Source: a virus (lineage: Duplodnaviria; Caudoviricetes). From it: 64,000 nucleotides of DNA. Below the pieces are notes generated by a model. That model saw only the letters and a list, made by a program, of their open reading frames with translations. It was not told the origin of the DNA and ran no database searches. Shown in pieces: positions 50,640 to 61,283 of this stretch. The stretch is from the IMG/VR virus record IMGVR_UViG_3300026549_000030, positions 160,001-224,000 of that record; one strand, given 5' to 3'. Numbering within the stretch: the first letter of the stretch is position 1; each line of letters begins with the position of its first letter. The position numbers and the translations under genes are program-made.

Positions 50640-50862
50640 CAAGATTTGGCTGAACACGGAATACATCAGCCACGCAGGAGAAACAATAGAAACCTGCATT
50701 GTCGGTGGGACGAGAGTTATCTATGTCCACTATGAGAACGGCTACTACTCCCTTATTGAAGGGGTGAAGAATCTGCTGAATTTCCTTCACGGAGATACTA
50801 CCGAGAGATTCGCTTGCTGCGAAACTATGAGCGAAGTCCTTGATGAACTTGATAAGATATAA
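50632..50862 (+). CDS. Early hypothetical protein
   Basis: Start trimmed (MNSKIW). Confidence 0.55.
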   Translation: MNSKIWLNTEYISHAGETIETCIVGGTRVIYVHYENGYYSLIEGVKNLLNFLHGDTTERFACCETMSEVLDELDKI

Positions 50863-51184
50863 TAGACTCGTTTGAGTCCTAAAATAATACCGCCTTATGA
50901 GAAGTCCGCCCTATTAGATTATTATTCTGATTTTATCTCTAATTTTTAATAATTTTTAGTATAACTTTAACAGCCACCGAGAAATCGGTGGTTTTTTTTA
51001 TATCATTACTTGTGGGTGCGAACGTCGTGGTTATTTTAAGGAATATAAACAGAAGAAGCTCAGGACGTTATAATCAATTTTGCTCAATTATCAAAGCCAA
51101 TGATATAATGCAAAATGAGTGAAAATAAATTTGGAAATTAGATTTATTCTTCATATCTTTGCATCGAACAAAAGAGAAAGAGAA

Positions 51185-51373
51185 ATGGAAAAAACTTTCA
51201 CAATTCACTACGGATACCAAAATGGAAATTCTCGGTATCATTACAAAGTCCGCATTATGTGTGAGGAAAGCAAGGTAAAGGAAATCTCCAAGGCGGTTGC
51301 CAATGGAGAACGTGTCGATTGGTGCTACGTTGAGGGCGAGAACTATCGTTTAACAATTTGTGATTGTATGTAA
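51185..51373 (+). CDS. Early hypothetical protein
   Basis: ATG after promoter 51154. Confidence 0.55.
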   Translation: MEKTFTIHYGYQNGNSRYHYKVRIMCEESKVKEISKAVANGERVDWCYVEGENYRLTICDCM

Positions 51374-51374
51374 T

Positions 51375-51722
51375 ATGGAAAATCTTAATCGCATAGAAAT
51401 CCAAGGTACTCTTGGTAGAATCAGCACCACAATGGTAGGCGGCAAGCTCCACGCAAATTTTGCAGTGGCTACCAACTGTGCATACAAGGATGCAAGCGGA
51501 AATGCCGTACTTGAAACAACGTGGCATAGAATATCAGCCTTTGAGAGCGAAAAAATTTCTGCCGAAACTCTCAATGAAATTCGCAAGAAATATGCGGAGA
51601 AACGCGACTTTGTATATGTAAGGGTTGTGGGCAGACTGCGCCAAATAAGGTATGTTGATACCAATGGTGTCAGTAACTTAACCTATGAGGTAAAAGCAAA
51701 CGAGGTGGAAATTTTGAAATAA
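51375..51722 (+). CDS. ssb: Single-stranded DNA-binding protein (OB fold, no acidic tail)
   Basis: NRIEIQGTLG, FAVATN, TTWHRI, VVGRLRQIRY..YEVKA. Confidence 0.85.
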   Translation: MENLNRIEIQGTLGRISTTMVGGKLHANFAVATNCAYKDASGNAVLETTWHRISAFESEKISAETLNEIRKKYAEKRDFVYVRVVGRLRQIRYVDTNGVSNLTYEVKANEVEILK

Positions 51723-51788
51723 AGCCAAAATAAATTTGCAATTGTCAAAATAAAATCCTATCTTTGTAGTAGAAAAACAATAAGATAT

Positions 51789-52001
51789 ATGGAATACGAT
51801 TTCAAAAGATTAGGCTACGGATTCAAGGGATACCTTGACTGTGATGTGGATGAACTTTGCCACACCGATGTGTACGGAGTTTCCGTGTACGATGCCGAGA
51901 GCGGAGAACACCTCAAGGACATTGACTTCACCGATATCGAAACCATTGGCGATATGACAACCGATGAACTCATCGATTGGCTTGCCGACAACGAACTCTA
52001 A
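51789..52001 (+). CDS. Small highly acidic early protein
   Basis: 70 aa, D/E-rich, own promoter. Confidence 0.65.
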   Translation: MEYDFKRLGYGFKGYLDCDVDELCHTDVYGVSVYDAESGEHLKDIDFTDIETIGDMTTDELIDWLADNEL

Positions 52002-52109
52002 AAAAAGTGAAAAAAAATTGACAAAATGTTTGGATATTTGGAATTAAATCCCTATCTTTGCATTGTAAGAAAAAGAAACCATAAGTCAAACCAAAAAAAG
52101 AGAGAAGAA

Positions 52110-52577
52110 ATGAAGAAATTCAATCTCACGGGCAACACCGCAGTATGGGACGCCCTTCGCGTAGAGGCAACGAACAATGGTAAGGGACGCACCGAGAAGC
52201 TTTCCGCAATCCCCGATGGCAAAGTCCTCACTGTTTCCCTGCTTGACGGGTTCGACCCCGCCAATCCTTCCACCGAGGGAATCTCCGAGAACAATAGCTC
52301 CTACGTTTTCCGCAAGGGACGCAAGCGCAATTTCCTGCTCCGCTACAACGGAGTGTGCGTAGGGTGGGCAACTTTCCACCGCGCAGAGCGCAACTATGAC
52401 GTGGCAGTCAGCGCAACCTTCAGCTCCGTAGTGTCCGTCAAGGCAAAGTCCGCAGAGGAAGCCGAACGCAAGGCGGTTGAGAGCCTTGAATCCGCAGTCG
52501 CAGAGTACAACGCCACCGCAGAGGTTCCGATTACTCTTGACTACTACGAGGTGGACGCAACCGAAAGTTGGGAGTAG
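52110..52577 (+). CDS. Early hypothetical protein
   Basis: Start trimmed after promoter 52053. Confidence 0.7.
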   Translation: MKKFNLTGNTAVWDALRVEATNNGKGRTEKLSAIPDGKVLTVSLLDGFDPANPSTEGISENNSSYVFRKGRKRNFLLRYNGVCVGWATFHRAERNYDVAVSATFSSVVSVKAKSAEEAERKAVESLESAVAEYNATAEVPITLDYYEVDATESWE

Positions 52578-52904
52578 TCCAAAGTCAAACAACCGATTGA
52601 AGAAAAGTCCTATGTAAAACCAAAATGAAGGCATTTGGCAATCGGCAGAGAGCAACCCGAAAGGGTTGCTTTTTTTTTGTTGATACTTGTGGGTGCGAGC
52701 GCCCCCGTTATTTTAAGGAATATATTCCTCCTTCACCTATGTCACTCTCAGAGAACTCTCAGGACGACGCCGCGTGTATATTCTTTAATAAACTCACCTT
52801 CGTCACACCGGCAAGGATCTGACCAGGTAAAAAAAAATAAAAATAAATTTGCAAATTAAAATTATTTTCCCTATCTTTGCATTGAACAATAAAAGAGAAT
52901 TATT

Positions 52905-53393
52905 ATGGGATACACACATTACTGGGAGTTCAAGGGCAAGGTTGCCCCCTCCAAAATCGAGAACGGAAAAGAAAAGTGGGAGCTTGTCACGAGCAAGGTG
53001 AAGGAAGCGCTCAAGTATGTCAAGGGGAAGGGAATCAGAATCGGCAATTGGGACGGGACAAAAGAAATTCCTACCATTACCGAGAACATCATTTCCTTCA
53101 ACGGAATGGGAAAAGATGCCCACGAAACTTTCTGCATCCCTTTCAAGGAGGAGGGATGGCGTTTCTGCAAGACAGCGCGGAAGCCTTACGACCTGCTCGT
53201 CTGCCTTACGCTTCTCGCATTCAAGGAAGCCTTCGGTGACGATTTTGAGTATACATCTGACGGGATAACCAAAGAAGAATATGAGGACAGGGAGAACAAT
53301 GAGTACTGGAAAAGTATCAACTTTGTTCCCGAAGGCCCTGGAAAGGAATGGCAGGAAGCCTACGATGCGTGGGAAAAAATCAACGCAGCATAG
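52905..53393 (+). CDS. Early hypothetical protein (MGYTHYW type)
   Basis: MGYTHYW...FNG...HETF...FCKTARKPYD. Confidence 0.75.
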   Translation: MGYTHYWEFKGKVAPSKIENGKEKWELVTSKVKEALKYVKGKGIRIGNWDGTKEIPTITENIISFNGMGKDAHETFCIPFKEEGWRFCKTARKPYDLLVCLTLLAFKEAFGDDFEYTSDGITKEEYEDRENNEYWKSINFVPEGPGKEWQEAYDAWEKINAA

Positions 53394-53486
53394 ACTCGTT
53401 TGAGTTCTAAAAACGCCCTAGAATAAATTTGCAATTTCCAAATTTAATTCCTATCTTTGCGGTGAACCAATAAAATAGAAAAGAAT

Positions 53487-53933
53487 ATGTGTTTAATAAA
53501 ATTAATCAGTACGGGCAAAATGAAAGCCGAAACCGATTTGAAAGTCTATAAGTGTTTGGACTACAATCGGAGCTACGATATGTACTCAACCCCTTTCCAA
53601 TTTATGAGGGTTGAATTCGATAAGAATGGCAAGTTTGCCTTCGAAATGGACGCTGACTTGCTGAATGATTTCCCCGGCGTTTGTGGAAAGGTAGTTTGTA
53701 AAATGGTAGAAAAAGGTATGCACGCGTATCGTGCCAAGGCTGCCGCAGACATTATCTCTGCAAAATTCCACAAGGACGATGGTACTAAAACTCACTATGC
53801 CGTTATCCCGAAAGGCAGCTACTACTACATCGGCAACAAGTGCGACATTGTTTCCAATCGAATGATTATCTTCAAGCGGAAGAAAGATTTCGATGCGTAT
53901 GCGAAAGAAAATAAGGTTAAAACCGTAGAATAA
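53487..53933 (+). CDS. Early protein, MCL family paralog 2
   Basis: MCL..VYKCL..TPFQ..GMHAY..AVIPKGS..DIVS. Confidence 0.75.
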   Translation: MCLIKLISTGKMKAETDLKVYKCLDYNRSYDMYSTPFQFMRVEFDKNGKFAFEMDADLLNDFPGVCGKVVCKMVEKGMHAYRAKAAADIISAKFHKDDGTKTHYAVIPKGSYYYIGNKCDIVSNRMIIFKRKKDFDAYAKENKVKTVE

Positions 53934-54090
53934 TTTGCATATTAAAAATATTTTCCCTATCTTTGTATCGTAATCAAACAACAACATTATGGAAAAGAAA
54001 AGTGAAAAATTTTTAGAAAAGCTCAGCGAAATCCGCGAACAAATCATTGAGTCAAAAGATGAATCTTTCGACGACTTGGAGGACTAAGCT

Positions 54091-54525
54091 ATGCTGAAGT
54101 ACAGTGACAATTGGGGCGGACTGAACGCTATCGACAACCAATGGCACGATGCGATGTACGAAAGGTACGTCCCTGCCTGCGGAAAGTGCAACACCCTCGG
54201 TGGAGAAATCCTTCGCGCCATCAACAGGATTATCTATAAGTTCTACAACGATGGCGACACCGTGAGCCGCTACTACAGCTACTCTTACAACGACAGTTAC
54301 GGTGCAGAAAAGTTCCTTTACAAGCACGTTCCCGGCTATGCCCTTATGAGGGATATTGGGTACGATGAAATCTCAAGGTTTGAAGAAGCCGCCTGCAAAA
54401 ACCTCAAGCATATCGTGGACTATCTTCGCAACAACCCCGCTCTCTTTGAGGTTGAAAACCACGAGGACTTTCTGGACTTATCGCCCAAAGAGGAATGGCC
54501 TTGCGAGGACGAGGACGACTGGTAG
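54091..54525 (+). CDS. Early hypothetical protein
   Basis: VPACGKCNTLGGEILRAINRIIYKFYNDG. Confidence 0.7.
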   Translation: MLKYSDNWGGLNAIDNQWHDAMYERYVPACGKCNTLGGEILRAINRIIYKFYNDGDTVSRYYSYSYNDSYGAEKFLYKHVPGYALMRDIGYDEISRFEEAACKNLKHIVDYLRNNPALFEVENHEDFLDLSPKEEWPCEDEDDW

Positions 54526-54834
54526 ACACACTTCTTTTCTATAATAACTCTCTTTTTGAAAGACGCATCCAAATCGGGTGCGTTTTTCTGTTTTATCCCT
54601 TGCCCGTGCGACGAAGGCATCTATATTAAGGAATATAACGGTGAAGAAGGAGCCAATGGAGCTGGTGGACCGACGGCGGATACCTGTCCTGCGGCGGGAT
54701 TATATTCTTTAATAAACTGTCGGATCCGGCATCTGCAAAAATTTCCGCCACAAATATTTTATAAATTTGTGTCAAATAAATTTGCAAATTAAAATAAAAA
54801 GTCCTATCTTTGCATTGAACAAAAAACAGGTATT

Positions 54835-55110
54835 ATGAAAGCCAATCATCAGGACATTATCTATCACCTGCACGAAATCAATGGTGAGGTGAAAAGCACG
54901 CTGAAAATCCTTATCCGCGATATGCTCGAGGAAAAAGAGGGCAAACGCGTAAAACTCAAGGGTACACTTTTCAATGGCACCGAAATTCATTCCGTTGGGC
55001 TTGTGGAGAACGCCCTTTGCTTCAACGATGACTATGATATGCGTGCGTGCAATCTTGCAAGTACAGAGGACTTGTTTTGGGTTGCCGACAATCTTTCAGG
55101 CATCGAATAA
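54835..55110 (+). CDS. Early hypothetical protein
   Basis: 91 aa after promoter. Confidence 0.65.
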   Translation: MKANHQDIIYHLHEINGEVKSTLKILIRDMLEEKEGKRVKLKGTLFNGTEIHSVGLVENALCFNDDYDMRACNLASTEDLFWVADNLSGIE

Positions 55111-55112
55111 TC

Positions 55113-55310
55113 ATGGCAAAGTACAATCACACCATAGAAGATTGGTGGCGGCATTTGGGAACTTTTGATAGGCAAAATGCTTCGTGCCTTATATTTTTTT
55201 CAACGCAAGAAGATGCTACCGATTATCTTAAACGGACTGATGAATGGTGGGAATCCCTTACCAACGAGAAAAAAGCAGAAATCTACGAAGAATTTTTCAG
55301 CGAAGAATAG
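55113..55310 (+). CDS. Early hypothetical protein
   Basis: Start trimmed (MAKYNH). Confidence 0.6.
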   Translation: MAKYNHTIEDWWRHLGTFDRQNASCLIFFSTQEDATDYLKRTDEWWESLTNEKKAEIYEEFFSEE

Positions 55311-55500
55311 TATGAAAAAGAAAAACCGTAATTTGGGATTGGCAATATTCCTAATTGTGTGGGTAGTTATTCTCTTCCTGCCGTATTTCGTTATGCGCCC
55401 CACAATCAAAAATATTCAAAAAGATATGGCTGTAAGGGCAGAAAAATTTGCAATTGTCAAATCTAATTCCTATCTTTGCATTGAACAAAAGAGCAAAGAA

Positions 55501-55932
55501 ATGAGCAAGAAAGAAATGAGAAAGAAAGTCCACGAGCTTATGCTCAAGAACAATGTGGATATGGTTAGCCTCCCTGCCAATGTTGCTATGCTTGTTGGCT
55601 TGGAGTATATCACTTTCAAGGGAAAGAACGACATTCAAGGCATCAACTTTGACGAAGAATACGTTTCCATTCCTGACGATGACATTGAAGATGTGTACAA
55701 TGCAGTCCGTAGGGAACTTTCCGACATTCACCTTTACGAGCTTTCCGAAGCTGAGGTTAAGAAGCTTCAAAGCGAAATCGTGATGGGTAGCTACTATCTT
55801 GCCGACTATGCCAATTCGCTCGGTGTTTCAGCAACTGAAGTCTCCAACTACGCATATGGCTATCTTGAGGTTGCGGATGAATACGATTATTCATTCTACG
55901 ACTATATTCAGAGTGTAGAATTTTGCGAATAA
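55501..55932 (+). CDS. Early hypothetical protein; in-frame TM-bearing extension possible from 55312
   Basis: Promoter at 55447-55478 lies inside the longer ORF. Confidence 0.65.
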   Translation: MSKKEMRKKVHELMLKNNVDMVSLPANVAMLVGLEYITFKGKNDIQGINFDEEYVSIPDDDIEDVYNAVRRELSDIHLYELSEAEVKKLQSEIVMGSYYLADYANSLGVSATEVSNYAYGYLEVADEYDYSFYDYIQSVEFCE

Positions 55933-56155
55933 AATTATAGCAATATGGACTACAAGGAAAAAATGATTGCCCTTCTTAACGAAATGCATCGGGACAAAAA
56001 TGCAGGGCTTATTCCAATGGTTATTGCAGAGGCGGTTAAGGACTGCGAAGCCATTAAAGAGCAGCCCTATCTTGACTACTATGTTGCCTGCGCATTTTAC
56101 GGAAAATAGGTTGCCTTATTCAAAAATTTCCATAAGTTTATAGAAAAACAATATT

Positions 56156-56989
56156 ATGGCATATCACAAGATTCTATTCATCGGCACGGACTTGGAAAAG
56201 GCACTTGCCCCTTACGATGAGAACAATACTGACGCACTCGTACCTGTGAATCACACGGAGCATTACCGCTATGAGTATGAGAATCACAAGGACGATGAGG
56301 AGTTCCGTTCTCAATATCCCGAAGGTACGTTCGAACAATTCATTGACTATTGGGTTGGACTACCCATAGTGGAGAAAAAGGATGAGAAAGCCGCAGGGGA
56401 AAAGAAAGAACACTTTGCGCTGAAAGAGGACGATGGCACAATCAAGGTTATCCTCTTTATTAATCCAAAAACGCAGTTCAACTACTACGAAATTGTCCAC
56501 GATTTCAATGGCGATTACAATTATCGCAAAGAGTTGGAAGGCGAAGAAAGGCAGAGAAGAAAGGATTATCAAGAGGCGGTTAAGGCACTCGGACACGCAC
56601 CTCGTTTCGAATCGTGGAATAGCATTATCATCAAGGCGCAGAACGGAGAGCTTGGAGAAGCTGAAAATTCAGAGAATCTTCTGGAGTTGGCGCAGGATTA
56701 CTACTACAATCAGCCCGACAGAAAGAAGCTTGCGGATGTTCTTCCCTACGTTGAAGATTTCATCGGAAACTGCAAGGATGAAAAAGACTACGTTTCCCAC
56801 GTTTCGCTTCCCTATTATGCTATCCTTACCGATGAGGGTTGGTTTTCGCAAGTTCAGGGTTCATATTATATGGGCGTTACTGAAGAGCCACTCCCCGACA
56901 AGGAATGGAAAAAGCTCCAAATTGAGTTGGTTAAGAAAGCCACAAGCAAAAAAGGGTACAAAGCTTATATCGTTACCACGAAAATCTAA
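56156..56989 (+). CDS. Early hypothetical protein
   Basis: 277 aa ORF then terminator. Confidence 0.75.
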   Translation: MAYHKILFIGTDLEKALAPYDENNTDALVPVNHTEHYRYEYENHKDDEEFRSQYPEGTFEQFIDYWVGLPIVEKKDEKAAGEKKEHFALKEDDGTIKVILFINPKTQFNYYEIVHDFNGDYNYRKELEGEERQRRKDYQEAVKALGHAPRFESWNSIIIKAQNGELGEAENSENLLELAQDYYYNQPDRKKLADVLPYVEDFIGNCKDEKDYVSHVSLPYYAILTDEGWFSQVQGSYYMGVTEEPLPDKEWKKLQIELVKKATSKKGYKAYIVTTKI

Positions 56990-57189
56990 TCGTTCATTTC
57001 ATAGTTACTTTGTTTGGCACGGAGAAATCCGTGCTTTTTTTTGCTACGGCGGACAGACGTCGGTGACGGGTTTATATTCGTTAAAATAACGCTGCGGCTC
57101 GCATCCACAAATTTTTATTCTCGTGCAAAATAAATTTGGAAATGAAATTTATTTTACCTATCTTTGCATTGTAAGAAAAAGGCAAAGTT

Positions 57190-57417
57190 ATGAAAGAGTT
57201 TTATTCAGAGGTTAAATGCGACTACAATAACGATGAGGGTTATTGGTGTGTCGATGCGTGGCGCACAAACTGTGACGATGAGGAAGGCAAGGTTATTGCC
57301 GCAATCCATGAAACCACAGGGGATGTTTTCTACTGTGAACCCGAAGCTCGTATTTCACCTATGGCGCAGGAAACCATCAAGGCAAAAGTAGAAGAAATTA
57401 AAAACAATCAAAAATAA
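57190..57417 (+). CDS. Early hypothetical protein
   Basis: 75 aa after promoter. Confidence 0.65.
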   Translation: MKEFYSEVKCDYNNDEGYWCVDAWRTNCDDEEGKVIAAIHETTGDVFYCEPEARISPMAQETIKAKVEEIKNNQK

Positions 57418-57423
57418 AGTATT

Positions 57424-57642
57424 ATGGAAAGAATTGCTATTATCGACCACGATGAGCACCAACTTTTTGTTGAGGATATTGACGAAACCATCCTCAACCG
57501 CGACTACGGTGGCGAAGAAGAAGCATATATCAAGGACAATTACAACCTTGAGAATTTCAGTTGGGACTACATTGTCCGAACGGAATATTACCCCGAAAAC
57601 GGAGACGACCCTATGGAGGTAGATTTCACGGATTTGCTGTAA
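57424..57642 (+). CDS. Small acidic early protein
   Basis: 72 aa. Confidence 0.65.
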   Translation: MERIAIIDHDEHQLFVEDIDETILNRDYGGEEEAYIKDNYNLENFSWDYIVRTEYYPENGDDPMEVDFTDLL

Positions 57643-57708
57643 AAAAAATTGCATATTCCAAAATTTAATCTTATCTTTGCAATAGAAACCAATTAAAAAC
57701 AAAGTATT

Positions 57709-58062
57709 ATGAAAATTACGAAAGAGCAAATCAAGGCGGCAGAACAGGTGCTTATTGACAACGGCATTGAGGCTGACGATGTGAAAACCGTCCTTCAGGA
57801 AATCGGATGCACCCTTCTCGATGAGAAACTCTATCCGGAAGAAGAAACAGAGGACGCACCAAAGACGCAGAAATTCACTTTCCGTTTTCACACTCACGGT
57901 TGGACTGATATTACCGTTGAGGCGGAGGATGAAGAAGAAGCTGAAGAGCTTGCAAACGACAAATATAACAACGGTGACTACGATGATTCCGATTCGGATT
58001 TTGAGAACACCGATATGGAGAACGTAACCGACTACTACGTTGAGAACAACATTCCACAATAG
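57709..58062 (+). CDS. Acidic early protein
   Basis: 117 aa; ITVEAEDEEEAEELA. Confidence 0.7.
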   Translation: MKITKEQIKAAEQVLIDNGIEADDVKTVLQEIGCTLLDEKLYPEEETEDAPKTQKFTFRFHTHGWTDITVEAEDEEEAEELANDKYNNGDYDDSDSDFENTDMENVTDYYVENNIPQ

Positions 58063-58338
58063 TAAAATTCGCTCTTATGAAAAGTCCGAGGCAGAAATGC
58101 TTCGGATTTTTTTTGCTTCGGCCTTGCCCGTGCGACGAACCTGAATATTTTAACGAATATACTACGGTTCTGAGAACAGGGGCTGCCGTCGATAACCAGC
58201 CTGCAGCTGGCTGTTTATATTCCTTAAAATACGCTGCACGCTCGCATCCACAAGAAATTCACTGTAAAAATAAACAAAAATAAATTTGCAAATTAAAATT
58301 ATTCTTATTACCTTTGCCATGAACAAAAGAAACAAAGA

Positions 58339-58858
58339 AATGAGACATTTTGAAAAAATCAACAACGGCGTTACTATCCTCAACACCTTTGTTAACGAAG
58401 AAGATTACAGGGAAATGTATGAAGATTGGCACGAAGAAGGCGAATCCCTTTTTGACTTCGCGCAGAGGCGTATTGAGTTCGAGTGCGATGATTTTTGGAA
58501 CAATCTCCGTGCAGTCAAGGATTCTTCATATATCGACTATTATGTAGTCACTGGCGAGCTTGGACTTTGGAACGGTATTCACACCATTGTTCCCGTGACT
58601 TTCAACAATCTATATGACGCCCTTTCAAAATGCGCCACGGATGCCTACGATATTGTAGTCAAATACGAAGATAATGCCATCAAGTTCGAGTGCCATCACC
58701 ACGATGGCGTAAACTGTTTCGAGGTTCGCAACCTGAGCTTCGACGACTACGACAAAATCGAGTGGTGGGACGATGACAAGGACGGCGACGTTTTTGAATT
58801 CATAAAGAAACACGCAAAGCCTATTTCGTGGGAAATGATTGGACAGGGTGCATTCTAA
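58339..58858 (+). CDS. Early hypothetical protein
   Basis: GELGLWNG...HHDG; start trimmed. Confidence 0.7.
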
Positions 58859-58870
58859 AAGTTTAAAGAT

Positions 58871-59194
58871 ATGGCAAAGAAACTTACAAACATTACATTC
58901 GTGACAAAGACTAACAACTGGTTTGCTCCCACGAAGGAACTCAAGGAAAAATACAAATCAGTTATCGACACGGAGCTTATGGATACGACTTCTTCCGCAG
59001 GAGATTGGAGTGGATTCATAATTCAGAAGATAGGAAAGAATACTTTTGTCGCAATCGGATTCAGTCAGTACAACAATTATCCCCACGATGGATTCTGCCT
59101 TATGACTTGTGAACATCCTTTCTATCGCGGAAAACTCGACAAGAAGAATTGGATGGAAAATGTCAGGAGTTGTTGGCTTCAGTTTGACAATTAA
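58871..59194 (+). CDS. Early hypothetical protein
   Basis: 107 aa. Confidence 0.65.
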   Translation: MAKKLTNITFVTKTNNWFAPTKELKEKYKSVIDTELMDTTSSAGDWSGFIIQKIGKNTFVAIGFSQYNNYPHDGFCLMTCEHPFYRGKLDKKNWMENVRSCWLQFDN

Positions 59195-59464
59195 AAATAA
59201 ATTTGGATATTAAAAATATTATCACTATATTTGCAGTACAATAGACTCGGTTGAGTATAAATTAACAACTAAATACTATGTTTGGCGAAGATTTATTGAT
59301 AACAATTTGTGGCATTATCGTAATAGTTTTAATTGCTTTAATATTCGCTTCGCCAATTATTATAACGGAGTATAAAATTAGAAAGCGGAAAAAGCAAAAT
59401 CCAAACTATACCGATTTGGACGCATTTAATGAATTTTTTAAGTAACAATTAAAACAATAAAATT

Positions 59465-59911
59465 ATGGCACTGTTTTTTATCGGATTTGCTCTTATCATT
59501 ATCGGACTTGTTTGCGTTTCTCTTGCTATCGGACGCGGCAGGGGACTCAAGTGGGCTAAAACAATCAATTTCACTACCGATGTCGACGAAGCGAAAAAGG
59601 TTGTATCAGACATCAACGCAAAATATCAAGAAAGAATTTCTAACGAGAACGGACAAAACGGAGATACGTTATATCCGTTAGGCTGGTTCCTTCTATGGAT
59701 TGGAATTATGGTTTTCGTACCCAGCTTAGCCCTTCTTCGTGAACGCTATGTCAAGCAATATTGCGACGGAAAATATGAGTGGGAACAGGTCGCGTATGTC
59801 AATGAACGCGGAGAGGTGCGCCCTGTGGAAAGCAAGACACTCGTAAGGGTTAAGGATTTCTCGGACAGGAAAACCTTCTACCTACAGAAAGATACAACTT
59901 CAACGGAATAA
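59465..59911 (+). CDS. Early membrane protein (2 TM segments)
   Basis: Two hydrophobic segments. Confidence 0.7.
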   Translation: MALFFIGFALIIIGLVCVSLAIGRGRGLKWAKTINFTTDVDEAKKVVSDINAKYQERISNENGQNGDTLYPLGWFLLWIGIMVFVPSLALLRERYVKQYCDGKYEWEQVAYVNERGEVRPVESKTLVRVKDFSDRKTFYLQKDTTSTE

Positions 59912-59919
59912 AAATCAAA

Positions 59920-59980
59920 GGGGCACTCTAACTCAGGAGTAATAATAATGAAGCGGGAATGAGTGAAACCGCGAAGCCCC
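59920..59980 (+). ncRNA. Candidate structured RNA: three-way junction with loop-loop pairing
   Basis: GGGGC/GCCCC closing stem, ACTC/GAGT and GCGG/CCGC hairpins, loops contain ACTCA and TGAGT. Confidence 0.35.
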
Positions 59981-60180
59981 CGAGAGAAACCACGTCGAAA
60001 GGCGTGGTTTTTTTGTTGATTTGCTTGCCCGTGCCAGCAGGCGAAATATATTAAGGAATATAAACAGCCGGATCCTCGTTCAATGTCCTGATCGAAATAA
60101 ATTTCATAATAAAAGTTAAATAAATTTGGATGTTAATTTTATTTTCCCTATATTTGCATTGAAACAAAAAACAAAGTAAT

Positions 60181-60558
60181 ATGAAACACAGAAAATGGTT
60201 TTTAATTAAGGTTATCTACGATATCATTTCACAGGAAATGGTGGAGTATGTAGACATTAAGGGCGGTGGGCTCGCTATGCAGGCAAATGTGGGATTCCGA
60301 GCCGCTTTTACCGCAACGCTCAAAAGGGTTTTCCTCCCTATTGTCACCACTCCCATAATTGGAGAGTATGGTATGCTTCTCGACATTGAGAACGAGGACG
60401 GAGAGGTAGAGCAGCACACCTATTATGCAGAGGACTTTGGAGAGCAGACACTCCTCGACATCGCTCGTGCAGTCTATGAAACAATGTGGACTCCTGCCTA
60501 CAAGACTTGGAAAGAGTACCTGGTCTGGGAAGAGGAGAAATACAAGAACATTTTTTAA
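60181..60558 (+). CDS. Early hypothetical protein
   Basis: 125 aa after promoter. Confidence 0.7.
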   Translation: MKHRKWFLIKVIYDIISQEMVEYVDIKGGGLAMQANVGFRAAFTATLKRVFLPIVTTPIIGEYGMLLDIENEDGEVEQHTYYAEDFGEQTLLDIARAVYETMWTPAYKTWKEYLVWEEEKYKNIF

Positions 60559-60570
60559 AAAAATAAACTA

Positions 60571-60759
60571 ATGGCTAAATTTTCTGTTAAAGTGCACTAC
60601 GAAACTTTCTGCTATCGCGAGGTTGAGGCAGAAAACCGCAATGAAGCCTACGACAAGGCTTGTACAGCTATCGACGCGTCCACTGATGAGGAATTCGAGA
60701 AAGAAATCGTACGTAACCTCACCAACGTTCACGACCCAGAAATCTACAAAATAATCTAA
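60571..60759 (+). CDS. Small early protein
   Basis: EVEAENRNEAYDKA. Confidence 0.65.
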   Translation: MAKFSVKVHYETFCYREVEAENRNEAYDKACTAIDASTDEEFEKEIVRNLTNVHDPEIYKII

Positions 60760-61283
60760 TGTAATTTATTGTACAAATCAATTTGACTAATGCTAAATCC
60801 GTAAAAAGTTTCACCTCGCTTCATCGCCTTCATTAAATGTTCGCGTTTGCATCCGAAAAATTGCTCAGCAATGTATTGGTTATCGAATTTAATTTCAACA
60901 CCTTCTTTCTTACAAATTATATGCTTTTCAGCAATTTTTCTTTGAGATTTTTTTACATGTTCCAAACTTAACGAATTATTTGAATTTTCTTTTGGCGATA
61001 CCCATCTTAAGTTATCAACTGAATTATTTAAAATATCAGTATCAATATGATCAACGTTTGGCTTATTTTCCGGATTTGGTATGAAATATTGAGCAACAAG
61101 ACGATGTATTAAATGCCTTTCTACTACTTTCCCTTTTTTATACAATGCAATTTGTAAATATCCTTGAGATTGTTTTGCACCTTTAAGTTTTTTTAAACCG
61201 CGATTTTTACCGCACATCTTATATACAAATCCATCATTCCCGATGTAATAATTTGTAAACCCAGTTATTTGTTTTATTTCCAT
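60756..61283 (-). CDS. NUMOD4-HNH homing endonuclease
   Basis: ITGFTNYYIGNDG, IHRLVAQYFIPNPENKPNVDHIDT..NN..NLRWVS; AT-rich, antisense to neighbours. Confidence 0.88.
   Translation of the reverse strand: MEIKQITGFTNYYIGNDGFVYKMCGKNRGLKKLKGAKQSQGYLQIALYKKGKVVERHLIHRLVAQYFIPNPENKPNVDHIDTDILNNSVDNLRWVSPKENSNNSLSLEHVKKSQRKIAEKHIICKKEGVEIKFDNQYIAEQFFGCKREHLMKAMKRGETFYGFSISQIDLYNKLH

Noticed and set aside
42885-54792. Short ORFs containing YFKEY/YSLK peptides (e.g. 42903, 45252, 46670, 52625, 54556)
   Set aside because: Translations of the intergenic 40-bp motif; they cross terminators or promoters and the motif occurs in any frame and strand
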